Part shown: piece by piece, positions 30,632-40,154 of the stretch
How positions within the stretch are numbered: the first letter of the stretch is position 1
How the letters are laid out: every line of letters begins with the position of its first letter
NCBI GenBank assembly: GCA_038153405.1
Contig: JAYOYH010000003.1
Coordinates: 66,460 to 130,459 of the forward strand
Direction: 5' to 3'
Source: Gemmatimonadota bacterium
Lineage (GTDB): Bacteria; Latescibacterota; UBA2968; UBA8231
DNA: 64,000 bases
The notes under the pieces: model-generated
Told to the model about the DNA's origin: nothing
What the model saw: the letters and a program-made list of their open reading frames with translations, nothing else
Databases searched by the model: none
Translations under genes and position numbers: made by a program

Positions 30632-32518
30632 TTACATGCGCTGTAGGAGGCGATGGGCAGCGGCATTCTGGGGATCGACGAGCAGGAGCGTTTCCAGCGA
30701 CTGGCGCGCCTTGGGCAGGTCGCCTATGCGCTGGTAGGACAGCGCTTTGCTCAGGTAGGCCTTGCCATATCTCGGCTCCAATTCGATCGCGCGCTGAAAG
30801 GCGACCACCGACTCCTCGTTGTGGCCGGCCTTTTGCAAGGCGAGACCGAGGTTATAGTGGTGTATTGGGTCGGTTCCGTCTAGGTCCACGGCGCGTTGAT
30901 AGGCGTCAATGGCCTCAGAATACACTTCGCTGCGCAGGTAGGCAGTGCCCAGATTATTGTAGGCCGGCGCGTAGTCAAACTCCCCTACGGCTTGCAAAAA
31001 GCGCTCCTGGGCTAGCTCAAACTCGCCGCGCTGCATCAGGATGAGGCCCTGTGCGTTGAGCGCTTCGACAAATTCGGGCTTGACCGACAGCGCGCGCTCG
31101 TAGTATGCGTGCGCCTCTTCGAGCTGGCCGTGGCGCGCATAGACCACGCCCATATTCTTTAGCGCTTCGTGCCCTTCCGGGTCCAACTCAATGGCGCGGC
31201 GATAGGCCGCACTGGCCTTTTCCCAATCGCCGATGCGCGAGTACATAACGCCGCGATCGTTGTGCGCACCGGGCAGGTCGGGAAAGAGCTCGACCAGAGT
31301 ATCGCGCGCCTCTACTTCGTCGGCATGCCAGTAAATTTGGATCGCCGACAGCAGCAGCACGGGAACGGCAAAGTAGAACAACTGGCGCCCCGTTTCACTG
31401 AAGTAACCACCAAAGCGCTCGAGTACGCCGCTGACCGCCGCGCGCGCGCCGATCTTCTCCCAGCCCGACTCGCCGACAATTTCCAAATTGGCCTGATTGC
31501 GCTTGTCGCGCATCTTCCAGATAAAGCCATCAAAGTAGTAGTGGAGCAGCGTCGAGGTGATGACGAGGATTTCAACCGCCTTGATCCAGGTCGTTCGATC
31601 AAACCAGTTGAGGCTGTAGTTGACCGTGCCATAAATAAAGCAGATCGCCACATAGCCGACGAGAATAGGCAGCGAGCGGCTAGTAAAAAATGCGCGCAGC
31701 AAACGCGAAGTCTTTTCCTGTCGTTTGACTAAGTTATTGTTGTAAACCCAGACGATGGCGAAATATTGGATGTCGTGGAACGCGGCAAAGGCGGCATAGC
31801 CAATGGTCAGGTCTTTGATGTAAATCCAGCCGAAGTAGATGAGGAAGATCGTCGTCGCCATCACCGCAACCTTGGGAAAGCTCACCTTTTGCCCGCTTGC
31901 CAAGCGCCAGACCAGGTTGCCGATATAGCATGCGGCAATGGTCAACGTAGCATAGAGCAACGCCTGTTTAACCCATAGAGTTTGCCCCGCGCTAAGGAAC
32001 GGCAGTCCGACATTTTGGTTGTGGTCGAGAATTCGATAGAGGTATTCAGGGCTGTAGACGACGACAGTGATAAAAGCCGCCATCGTCAACAGCCAGTCCC
32101 AGCGCGCGTTCCACTTGGCAAAAATTTTGTTTTTGCCGTCGTAGATGCGCATAATCCCGTAATGTTGCATAAACAGATGCCAAATCTCCCACAGCAGCAC
32201 CATCAGAAAGAGGCCGTGCAGCGTATTAAACTGGGCTAAAGCCACGACGCAGAGCACGATAATGGGCGCGACGAGAAACTTCTCCTTGAATGTCGCGAAA
32301 AGCTCCGGATCGCCGTAAGCGCGCATAAAACCGGGTAAATGGTGGCCCATGGCAAAGAACGACATGATAAAAAATAAAATGGTCTGTGAGTCGAAGACGG
32401 AGCGCAGCGCCATCATCGGCACTAGGCACAGCAGCGGCGTACCGACGAAGAACAGCAAATCGGCGCTGGGTGAAATAATCCATTTTTGATCGCGGTGAAC
32501 GGCTATTGCGCTGTTCAT
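30632..32518 (-). CDS. Polytopic His-motif membrane domain fused to C-terminal TPR array
   Basis: GAGGAG RBS + ATG 32518; about 9-10 TMs with HH, HxxxQH, FHD, HYYFD; about 6 TPRs. Confidence 0.8.
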   Translation of the reverse strand: MNSAIAVHRDQKWIISPSADLLFFVGTPLLCLVPMMALRSVFDSQTILFFIMSFFAMGHHLPGFMRAYGDPELFATFKEKFLVAPIIVLCVVALAQFNTLHGLFLMVLLWEIWHLFMQHYGIMRIYDGKNKIFAKWNARWDWLLTMAAFITVVVYSPEYLYRILDHNQNVGLPFLSAGQTLWVKQALLYATLTIAACYIGNLVWRLASGQKVSFPKVAVMATTIFLIYFGWIYIKDLTIGYAAFAAFHDIQYFAIVWVYNNNLVKRQEKTSRLLRAFFTSRSLPILVGYVAICFIYGTVNYSLNWFDRTTWIKAVEILVITSTLLHYYFDGFIWKMRDKRNQANLEIVGESGWEKIGARAAVSGVLERFGGYFSETGRQLFYFAVPVLLLSAIQIYWHADEVEARDTLVELFPDLPGAHNDRGVMYSRIGDWEKASAAYRRAIELDPEGHEALKNMGVVYARHGQLEEAHAYYERALSVKPEFVEALNAQGLILMQRGEFELAQERFLQAVGEFDYAPAYNNLGTAYLRSEVYSEAIDAYQRAVDLDGTDPIHHYNLGLALQKAGHNEESVVAFQRAIELEPRYGKAYLSKALSYQRIGDLPKARQSLETLLLVDPQNAAAHRLLQRM

Positions 32519-32531
32519 TGTCTGAAACTCC

Positions 32532-34961
32532 TCAGTAGGCCACGGCCAGAGAACGAACCGCGGCCCCTTCTCCAGAAGCGGCGCCAACATCTATTTCACA
32601 GAGGTAGATACCGGGGACAGCGCGCCTACCGTCCGTCCTGCGCCCATCCCAGCGAAAGCGCGGGCTATTAGATGGGGCCGGCGCACTGAGGACGGCAACG
32701 GAGTTGCCCTCCATATCGAGAATGCGCACTACGGGCGCCGCCCGATCGACTTTGAGCACGGTGAAACTAATTTCGACCTCGTCATTTATTCCATCGCCGT
32801 TGGGCGTAAAGGCGCTTGGAACGATGTTTAAATCTCCTATTAACACATCGCTCGTTACCACGTCGGGCAAGTAGACGATATTGGCCTGGCGCTCCGCCTC
32901 TTCGACATTCTGCCAGAGCCCTAGCCGCTCGCTATCGCCGACGTCGGCGCTAAATAGCGTCGCATTTTCGACGACCCGGGTAGTAAACTCTATTTCGAGG
33001 GAATCGCTATACACCCGTTCGGGCAGCGTCAGCGTCAACAGCGAATCGGTATTGGCGATTTGACTAGGGGCGACAGGAATCCCTCCCACGCGCACGACCA
33101 GATCCCCCTCCCCGATGCGGCCGGGCAGTCGTATGCGCAGGCGGTCAAAGCCCGAGTCGAGCGCGTCGCTGGTCGGCCACAGCGTATACGAGAAGCGGGT
33201 GGCTTCGTTGACCCCGGCCTGGCGCGGCAGCACGCGTCCAACCGCTCGCTGCACCAGCGCGTCTTCGTATTCTATCGACAGATTGCTCAGCGCGGGGGCT
33301 ACGCTGGGATCTTCCGTGGACAGGATAAGCTCGAGCTGTATATAGCGCCGCGGCGTATCGGATTGGAAGGGCTCGCCCGAAGCTTGGTAGAAGTTGCTCC
33401 ACTCTCCCCAATCCGCACCCGTCACCACCGTTGTATCGACCTTCCCGCGCAGCACTTTCGGCGAGTTGGTCCATTTCAATTCGGTCGTCTCTACGCCGGT
33501 GCGGTCGTAATGGGTATAGACCTCGCTCAAATTATTGCCCGAGCGCGAACGCAGGCGCAGCTTAGTTTGGCTGGCCAACGCGGCGTCCCACTGCAGCGAG
33601 CGAATCGCCTTGGGGCGCTGGTCGCCGCTAATCGCACCCAGATCGATAAAACCGGATCGCAGAACGACTTCAGCCGGATAGCCCGGCGAGAAGAGCATGA
33701 ATTCCATGGGCTTGGAAAACCAGCCGTTGTCTTCGTGGCCGTGCCAGAAGATATAGCGGACTTTGCGCGGCGAAAATAGGTAGCGGATATGCCGGACCTG
33801 GCGCTCGCTGGCTAGCCCGGCGTCAATGGCAATTTCCTCGCGCAGCAGCTGGTCGTAATCCAACTCACCACCGGTCGTGCGCCGCCCGTCGGAAGTGAGA
33901 ATATTAAATCCCCGACCGTGGTGTAAACCCTCAAATAGAAAGCTAGACAGGGCTTCGCCGCGGTCCTGAAAATACATGAATAGTTCGTCTAACCAGAACT
34001 GCGCACCCAGATCTACCTGCCACCACATGCCCCCTTCGCGCCAGCCGCCCTTTGTGCCACCCGAGGTAACGATAACGGCAAAGGTGTCCATATTGCCATC
34101 AAACATATTCTGGGGATCGCGCGCCAGCAGACCAAAGTTAAACGAGCCCCCGCGCTCGAGCGTGCCCAAACTCACGTTGTCTCCGGCGGAGATTACCTCA
34201 ATTTCGCTCAGCGCAACGTCGGCAGATTTCTCATCGACGACGAGGCGAACAAAGCGCACGACGCGGTAGTCTTGCTCGGCACCCAAATCGACGTCGAGCC
34301 CGGGATCGATGACGCGCGTCGTATCCAGCGCGTCTCCTACCATAGGTATAGTTATGCGGGGTTCTGCGTTTGGCTTGGTCGTTTGGTACACTTTGCGATA
34401 GCGAAAAACGTCGTCCTGCGCCTGTATGCGGCTACCCGTCGATACGAATACGCTAAACTGCACCAATGGGCGCACATCGTCACGTTGGGGAAAGATTAGA
34501 TTGATTTCACGCGCCAACACCGGACGCCCCAAATCGATATCGACGGACCAGTCGACCAACTGGTCAGCAGCGGATGGCTCCCAGTAGGTATCGGCATTAC
34601 CGTCGATGAGGAAGTCGGCATCAACCCGATTGCTACCGGCCCGCCAAATACCTCCTTGCACATCGCCGCGCTTCTGCGTCGGATGAACGAAAGTGGCCGC
34701 ATTGAGGGCGGCATTGATCGATTTGTTATACTTGACCAACTCGAGTTGCCCGTCGTTGAGGATGCGCACGGTCCCTCTGGGCATTTCCCACGCCTGCCAC
34801 TTGGCGGACGAGTCAAACGTATATATGTCGGCACCTACCGCAAAAGAGCCCACCAGCAGCAAGGCCACGACGCGCACGCTTAGCAAGGCCATAGGCTGAC
34901 ACACCGCGCCGAATATGGGTTTGTCATTTATCCTCACACCCGCTCTAACTGTGCCTGACAC
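32532..34961 (-). CDS. Secreted discoidin-like-domain protein with C-terminal FlgD-Ig / FTPNGDG domain (paralog A)
   Basis: Hydrophobic leader, IDGN..TYW...IDLGRPV and WWQVDLG, WGEWSN, FTPNGDGIND, WDGR, ends AVAY; start 34961 or 34892. Confidence 0.82.
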   Translation of the reverse strand: MSGTVRAGVRINDKPIFGAVCQPMALLSVRVVALLLVGSFAVGADIYTFDSSAKWQAWEMPRGTVRILNDGQLELVKYNKSINAALNAATFVHPTQKRGDVQGGIWRAGSNRVDADFLIDGNADTYWEPSAADQLVDWSVDIDLGRPVLAREINLIFPQRDDVRPLVQFSVFVSTGSRIQAQDDVFRYRKVYQTTKPNAEPRITIPMVGDALDTTRVIDPGLDVDLGAEQDYRVVRFVRLVVDEKSADVALSEIEVISAGDNVSLGTLERGGSFNFGLLARDPQNMFDGNMDTFAVIVTSGGTKGGWREGGMWWQVDLGAQFWLDELFMYFQDRGEALSSFLFEGLHHGRGFNILTSDGRRTTGGELDYDQLLREEIAIDAGLASERQVRHIRYLFSPRKVRYIFWHGHEDNGWFSKPMEFMLFSPGYPAEVVLRSGFIDLGAISGDQRPKAIRSLQWDAALASQTKLRLRSRSGNNLSEVYTHYDRTGVETTELKWTNSPKVLRGKVDTTVVTGADWGEWSNFYQASGEPFQSDTPRRYIQLELILSTEDPSVAPALSNLSIEYEDALVQRAVGRVLPRQAGVNEATRFSYTLWPTSDALDSGFDRLRIRLPGRIGEGDLVVRVGGIPVAPSQIANTDSLLTLTLPERVYSDSLEIEFTTRVVENATLFSADVGDSERLGLWQNVEEAERQANIVYLPDVVTSDVLIGDLNIVPSAFTPNGDGINDEVEISFTVLKVDRAAPVVRILDMEGNSVAVLSAPAPSNSPRFRWDGRRTDGRRAVPGIYLCEIDVGAASGEGAAVRSLAVAY

Positions 34962-34984
34962 AGGGTTTTCCTCTTAGAAAGGCA

Positions 34985-37336
34985 CTAGTAGGCAACCGAC
35001 AGCGTGCGCAGCACGGTGCCCTCACCCACTTCTGTTCCCGGCACTATGCGCAGCAGATAGGCACCGGGCGCAACCAGCGCTCCCTCTGCGTTGCGCCCAT
35101 CCCACGAGAAATGCTTTTCGCTGCCTGCACCTTCTGCGCGCAGCACGGCCACTTGGCGACCGGCCAGATCCGCAATGGCCACCTCTGGCTCGGCATCGCT
35201 CGCTTTGAGCAAGACAAAGCGGATTGCCACGCGGTCGTTCACGCCATCCCCGTTCGGCGTGAAGACCTGGGGCACCACACTCAAATTATCGATGAACCGC
35301 CGCGAGTTCATTAGTTCAGGCACGTACACGATGTTGGCACGGCGCTCGACGGCTTCGACGGACTGCCAGAGCCCGGGCCGATCCAACCGCCCCAATTCAA
35401 CGCCAAAGACCGTGGCATTATCCAGAACGCGCGCAGTAAACTCGACTTCAACCGAGTCATTGGTAACGGTCTGCGGCAAATCGATAACCAGCAGCGAATC
35501 GCCCGCGCTCTCGACCGCATTGGGGATGGCTTTGGCGCCATTAATACGCAGCTCCAATGCCTTTTCATCTACAGCCGATGGAGTAAAAAAGCGCAGTCGG
35601 TCAAAACCGCTATCGCGCTCATCCGAGCGCGGATACACGACAAAAGTAAAGCGGGTTTCCGCATTGACAGGGGCTTCGCGCGGCAGCACGCGGCCCTGCG
35701 CCAACTGCACGAGCGCATCCTCGAAATCAATCGACAGCGACTGCACGATGGGCGCCACCTGAAAGTCGTCGGTCGAAATAATGAGCTCCAGTTGCACGAA
35801 GCGGCGCGGCGTTTCCGACTGAAATGGCTCGCCGGAAAACTGGTAGAAATTGCTCCATTCGCCCCAGTCGCTGCCGGCAATAATTGTCGTGTCGACCGCC
35901 CCCTTGAGCACGGCGGGCAGCGATGTCCACTTGGTCTCCGTAATTTCTTCGCCCTTGCGATCGTAAAATGCATACACGTCCTGCAGCTGATTGCCCGAAC
36001 GCGAGCGCAGCTGCAGCCGCGTCTTGGCAGGTAAGTCGGCCTGCCAGTTGAGGGCCTTTATCGCCTTGGGGCGATCGTCTCCGACTAACCGGCCCAAGTC
36101 TATAAATTCCGATTGGAGCGTAACCTGTGCCGGATAGCCCGGCGAAAACAGCATCAATTCCATCGGATGCGAGAACCAACCCTGATCGGTCAGAGAATGC
36201 CAGAATAGGTAGCGTATTTTGCGCGGGGCAAAGCGATAGCGATGGTGGCGCAGTGCACCCTCCACGCCGTTGCTCGGAGCGGGCTCAAAGATCAGCGGAG
36301 TGTAGTCAATATCGCCGGTAATTGTTCGCCGCCCGTCCGAGTAGAGCATTTCATAGCCCTGCCCGGCCTGCAGTCCTTCAAATAGAAAACTGGATAGCCC
36401 CTCGCCGCGGTCCTGCCAATAGATAAAAGCCTCGTCCAACCAGAACAGGGCACCGAGATCGGCTTCCCACCACACGCCGCTCTCGCGCCACCCGCCCTTG
36501 CTTTGCACGGTGAATATATTGCCGTAGGTATCCATGATCCCGTCGAACATATTTTGCGGTTCGCGCGCCAGCAGTCCATTGTCGAACGTGCCGCCGCGCC
36601 CTAACACGCCTAGGCTGACATTGTCCCCCGCGGCGATAACCTCCACTTCGGCCAGGGCGGCGTCGGCCGTTTTCTCGTCGGCGCGGATGCGCACAAAGCG
36701 CACCACGCGAAAATCGTTTAACTCGGCCAAGTCGACATCGAGCCCCTTGTCCACTACGCGTGTCGTATCCTGCTTGCCGACGAGCTCGATGTCGATCAGC
36801 GTTTCTCGATTGGGCTTTGTCGTGGCGTAGGTCTGCGAATATCTGAACACGTCATCTGTAGACTGAATACGCGCACCCGTCGCCGTAAATACGCTAAACT
36901 GCTGCAGAGGACGTGCGCCTTCTACATCGGGAAAGTGCAGGCGAATTCGCTCGGCCAATACGGGACGTCCGAGATCGATAGTGACGACCCAGTCGACCAA
37001 GTCATCGGCCAAATTGGGAGACCAGAACGTCTCTACATCACCGTCCATAATGCGTCCGGCAGTGCGCGCACTGCTCCCAACCTGCCATATTCCGCCGCGC
37101 ACTTGGCCGCGCTGTTGGGTCGGTTGGGTAAAAAGGTGTGCATTGACGGCTGCATTAATCGGCTTGCTGTATTTCTTGAGCTGCAATTGCCCACGTTCGC
37201 CGATTTCGACAATTCCCGCTGGTATATTCCAATTCTGCCATTTCTCCGGCGAATCGAATACGATTGTCTCTGCGCCCAGTATGCGGCCCCATAGCGTCAG
37301 CACCACGATGGTAGAAACACACCTTCTGTGCATCAT
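34985..37336 (-). CDS. Secreted discoidin-like-domain protein with FlgD-Ig / FTPNGDG CTD (paralog B)
   Basis: Colinear with paralog A; FTPNGDGVND; ends SVAY. Confidence 0.82.
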   Translation of the reverse strand: MMHRRCVSTIVVLTLWGRILGAETIVFDSPEKWQNWNIPAGIVEIGERGQLQLKKYSKPINAAVNAHLFTQPTQQRGQVRGGIWQVGSSARTAGRIMDGDVETFWSPNLADDLVDWVVTIDLGRPVLAERIRLHFPDVEGARPLQQFSVFTATGARIQSTDDVFRYSQTYATTKPNRETLIDIELVGKQDTTRVVDKGLDVDLAELNDFRVVRFVRIRADEKTADAALAEVEVIAAGDNVSLGVLGRGGTFDNGLLAREPQNMFDGIMDTYGNIFTVQSKGGWRESGVWWEADLGALFWLDEAFIYWQDRGEGLSSFLFEGLQAGQGYEMLYSDGRRTITGDIDYTPLIFEPAPSNGVEGALRHHRYRFAPRKIRYLFWHSLTDQGWFSHPMELMLFSPGYPAQVTLQSEFIDLGRLVGDDRPKAIKALNWQADLPAKTRLQLRSRSGNQLQDVYAFYDRKGEEITETKWTSLPAVLKGAVDTTIIAGSDWGEWSNFYQFSGEPFQSETPRRFVQLELIISTDDFQVAPIVQSLSIDFEDALVQLAQGRVLPREAPVNAETRFTFVVYPRSDERDSGFDRLRFFTPSAVDEKALELRINGAKAIPNAVESAGDSLLVIDLPQTVTNDSVEVEFTARVLDNATVFGVELGRLDRPGLWQSVEAVERRANIVYVPELMNSRRFIDNLSVVPQVFTPNGDGVNDRVAIRFVLLKASDAEPEVAIADLAGRQVAVLRAEGAGSEKHFSWDGRNAEGALVAPGAYLLRIVPGTEVGEGTVLRTLSVAY

Positions 37337-37390
37337 CCTTGCCCTCGCCAAACACGTGCCCTTTAGGAGTTTAAAAAATAATTGTTTAAC

Positions 37391-37419
37391 AATTTACAAT
37401 AATACGGTAGACCTTTCAA
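37391..37419 (-). promoter_or_regulatory. Putative internal sigma70 promoter for paralogs B-A, overlapped by a palindrome
   Basis: TTGAAA-N17-TAAATT; AATTGTT-N-AACAATT at 37380-37394. Confidence 0.55.
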
Positions 37420-37467
37420 ACCGCTTCATGTTGCAAAAGAAAGCTCACCATAGCGCGTATAAACAGA

Positions 37468-37503
37468 GGGGGACGGCATTGCGGACTACCCATGCCATCC
37501 CCC
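37468..37503 (-). terminator. Intrinsic terminator after paralog C
   Basis: GGGGGATGGCAT...ATGCCGTCCCCC followed by TCTGTTT. Confidence 0.65.
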
Positions 37504-37529
37504 CCAAGCCCTTGCTAAGACAGCGAATG

Positions 37530-39974
37530 TCAATAGGCGACGGATACGGTGTGCAGCTGAGTGGCATCGCCCGCCGCCGCATTGGTGTCAATCCGGTAGA
37601 GATAGACCCCAGGCGCCACGCGCTGCCCCGCCTCATCGCGCCCGTCCCATACAAAGCGGCGCGAGGGCCCCATCGATTCACCCGCCAAGCGCGCCACCAC
37701 CCGACCCGCCATATCCAACACCTGCACCTGCGGCTCAATTGAATCGGCCTTCAGCAGAACAAAGCTCAGCGACAGCGCGTCGTTGACGCCATCCCCGTTG
37801 GGCGTAAAGGCGCGACCCGACACCTGCAAGTCGTCGATCAAGCGATCCGTTGTCACCAAGTCGGGCAGCAGCACCACGTTCGAACGCCGCGCGGCCGGCT
37901 CCACGTCCTGCCAAATATCCGGCGAATCGCTCGAGCCCAGATCCAGCTCGATGACCGAGGCGTTGCGCACCAAGCGCGTGGTAAAGCCCACTGTGACCGA
38001 ATCGCCCAGCACCGCTTCGGCCAGCGACACCAGCAGCGAATCGCCCTGCACGCCCACTGAAAGCGGCGCGACCACCTGCTGGCCCACAATCACCTCGACA
38101 TCACCGACCGACAGCAGGTCCGGCACCACAAAGCGCATCCGATCAAAGCCCGCATTTTCCCCGCCAGCATCCGGCCACAGCGTGTAGGTAAAGCGCGTAT
38201 CCTCGTTGGGCTTGGCGCTGCGCGGATAAATCGTCCCGCGCGCCCCGTTGACCAGCGCATCGACGTATTCCAGCGACACCGAGCGAATCAGCGGAGCCAC
38301 CTCGTAGTCTTCAGTGGCCAGAATCAGTTCCAACTGCACAAAGCGACGCGGACTATCCGACTGAAATGACTCGCCGGAAAATTTGTATTCGTTGCTCCAC
38401 TCGCTCCAGTCTTCACCCACTACGACCGTCGTATCGACCGGACCGCGCAGCACCTTGGGCGAACTGTTCCACTTCTCTTCCGTCACGATCTCGCCGATCT
38501 TGTTGCGGAAGGTGTATTCCTCGCCCTGCTCATTGCCCGAGCGCGTCCGCAGTTCAATGCGCGCGCCCGGCGGAAGGTCGGCATCCCAGTGCACCGCCTT
38601 GATCACCTTTGGCTGACCGTCGCCGGCCAACTGACCTAGGTTGATAAAGTCCGAGCGCAGCACGACTTCGGCCGGATAGCCCGGCGAATACATGTGGAAT
38701 TCCATTGGATGGGCGCGCCAACCCAAGTCGTATAGGGCCAACCAAAAAATGTGACGCACCTTGCGCGCGTTAAAGAGATAGCGATAGTGCCGCTTGAACT
38801 GTTCGCGGACATTGGTCCACTCCGGCTCAAAAATCCACTCGGTATAGTCCATATCGCCCGACAGCGTGCGCGTGCCGTCGGAAGAGAAAAAGGTGTAGCC
38901 GGTGCCCGCATTATTCGTGCCCAAACTAAACGTCGCCAGTCGCTCACCGGCTTTTTGCCAGTACATAAACGCGTCGTCAACCCAGTAGGTGACTCCCAGA
39001 TCGACCTGCCACCACAGACCGCCCTCGTAGGCCGTGCCGCGCGATTCGGTAAATTGCTGATGCACTTCGACTACGCCGTAGGTATTTAGGTTGCCGTCCA
39101 GCCAGTAGAGTGGATCGGTGGCGCGCGAGCCGTTGACATACGAACCGCCGCGCGTCTCTGCGCCTAAGCTGATGTTGTCGCCAACGGAAATCACCTCAAT
39201 TTCGGCCAGTGCACCGTCCACTTGCTGCTCGTCGACGATAAAGCGCACAAACTGAATCATCTGCCATTCCGAGTTAAATGCGACCACCTCGGCGTCGCCC
39301 ACTAGGCCCTGCACCTCACCGTCCGTGCGCCCCCTGGCCATGGCCAGGGCACGGCGGTCGTCCGTCAGCGTTTCTAAGACCCGCGCCGTATCCTCTTCGG
39401 CCGGACGAAAGCCGAAGCGCACCACCGAATCGCGATTGGGCTGCGTCGTGCGGTAGACCGGATTAAAGCGAAAGACATCGTCTTTGGCCGAAACGTGGGC
39501 CCCGGTAGCGGTAAACACGCTAAACTGGCGGAAGGGACGCGCCCCTTCCGCGTCGGGAAAGTGGAGGCGAATCTCCTTGACCAACACCGCCCGGCCCAGG
39601 TCGATCTGCACGATCCATTGGTCGACCGAATCGTCCCCATCCGGCTGCCAGTAGGTCGTGCGATCCCCGTCGATCAGCAGCGGCGCATCGCGCGCGTTGC
39701 TCAGGGCCGACCAGATGCCCCCGCTGACGTCGCCGCGCTCGTTGGAAGGATGCGAAAATAGATGGGCATCCTGCGTCGCGTTGATGTCCTTGCGAAACTT
39801 GACCAGACCCAGATGGCCCGATTCGTCGAATACCGTGATGCCCGGCTTCAACTCCCACGTGCTCTGCCAGGCATTCTGATCGCCAAATGTCAGCATATCT
39901 CCCCGGGCCGTTGACCCGATAAGAGCGCTGCCGAGCATTCCGCAGAAGACGATTAGTTTTCCATACCTTGCCAT
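37530..39974 (-). CDS. Secreted discoidin-like-domain protein with FlgD-Ig / FTPNGDG CTD (paralog C)
   Basis: Signal peptide, colinear with A/B, FTPNGDGVND, ends SVAY. Confidence 0.82.
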   Translation of the reverse strand: MARYGKLIVFCGMLGSALIGSTARGDMLTFGDQNAWQSTWELKPGITVFDESGHLGLVKFRKDINATQDAHLFSHPSNERGDVSGGIWSALSNARDAPLLIDGDRTTYWQPDGDDSVDQWIVQIDLGRAVLVKEIRLHFPDAEGARPFRQFSVFTATGAHVSAKDDVFRFNPVYRTTQPNRDSVVRFGFRPAEEDTARVLETLTDDRRALAMARGRTDGEVQGLVGDAEVVAFNSEWQMIQFVRFIVDEQQVDGALAEIEVISVGDNISLGAETRGGSYVNGSRATDPLYWLDGNLNTYGVVEVHQQFTESRGTAYEGGLWWQVDLGVTYWVDDAFMYWQKAGERLATFSLGTNNAGTGYTFFSSDGTRTLSGDMDYTEWIFEPEWTNVREQFKRHYRYLFNARKVRHIFWLALYDLGWRAHPMEFHMYSPGYPAEVVLRSDFINLGQLAGDGQPKVIKAVHWDADLPPGARIELRTRSGNEQGEEYTFRNKIGEIVTEEKWNSSPKVLRGPVDTTVVVGEDWSEWSNEYKFSGESFQSDSPRRFVQLELILATEDYEVAPLIRSVSLEYVDALVNGARGTIYPRSAKPNEDTRFTYTLWPDAGGENAGFDRMRFVVPDLLSVGDVEVIVGQQVVAPLSVGVQGDSLLVSLAEAVLGDSVTVGFTTRLVRNASVIELDLGSSDSPDIWQDVEPAARRSNVVLLPDLVTTDRLIDDLQVSGRAFTPNGDGVNDALSLSFVLLKADSIEPQVQVLDMAGRVVARLAGESMGPSRRFVWDGRDEAGQRVAPGVYLYRIDTNAAAGDATQLHTVSVAY

Positions 39975-40154
39975 AGTCGGTTCTACCCTTCGCTATAGAG
40001 CGTCGTTAGCCCCTATCTATGCACCCAATTGGCGCTATACATATACAAAAAGTATCAGCATAGTTCCTCGAGCCGGTGGCCCGATAAAAGCGCTGCCAAG
40101 CAGTAGACAGACGGCCATGCGCTTTCCGCATATTGATCCGGCCCCTCTCTCTAC

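Noticed and set aside
33674..38690. Recurring CCGGATAGCCCGGCGA 16-mer in three places
   Set aside because: Codons for the conserved SPGYPA of paralogs A-C, not a mobile or recombination repeat; no recombinase or reverse transcriptase nearby
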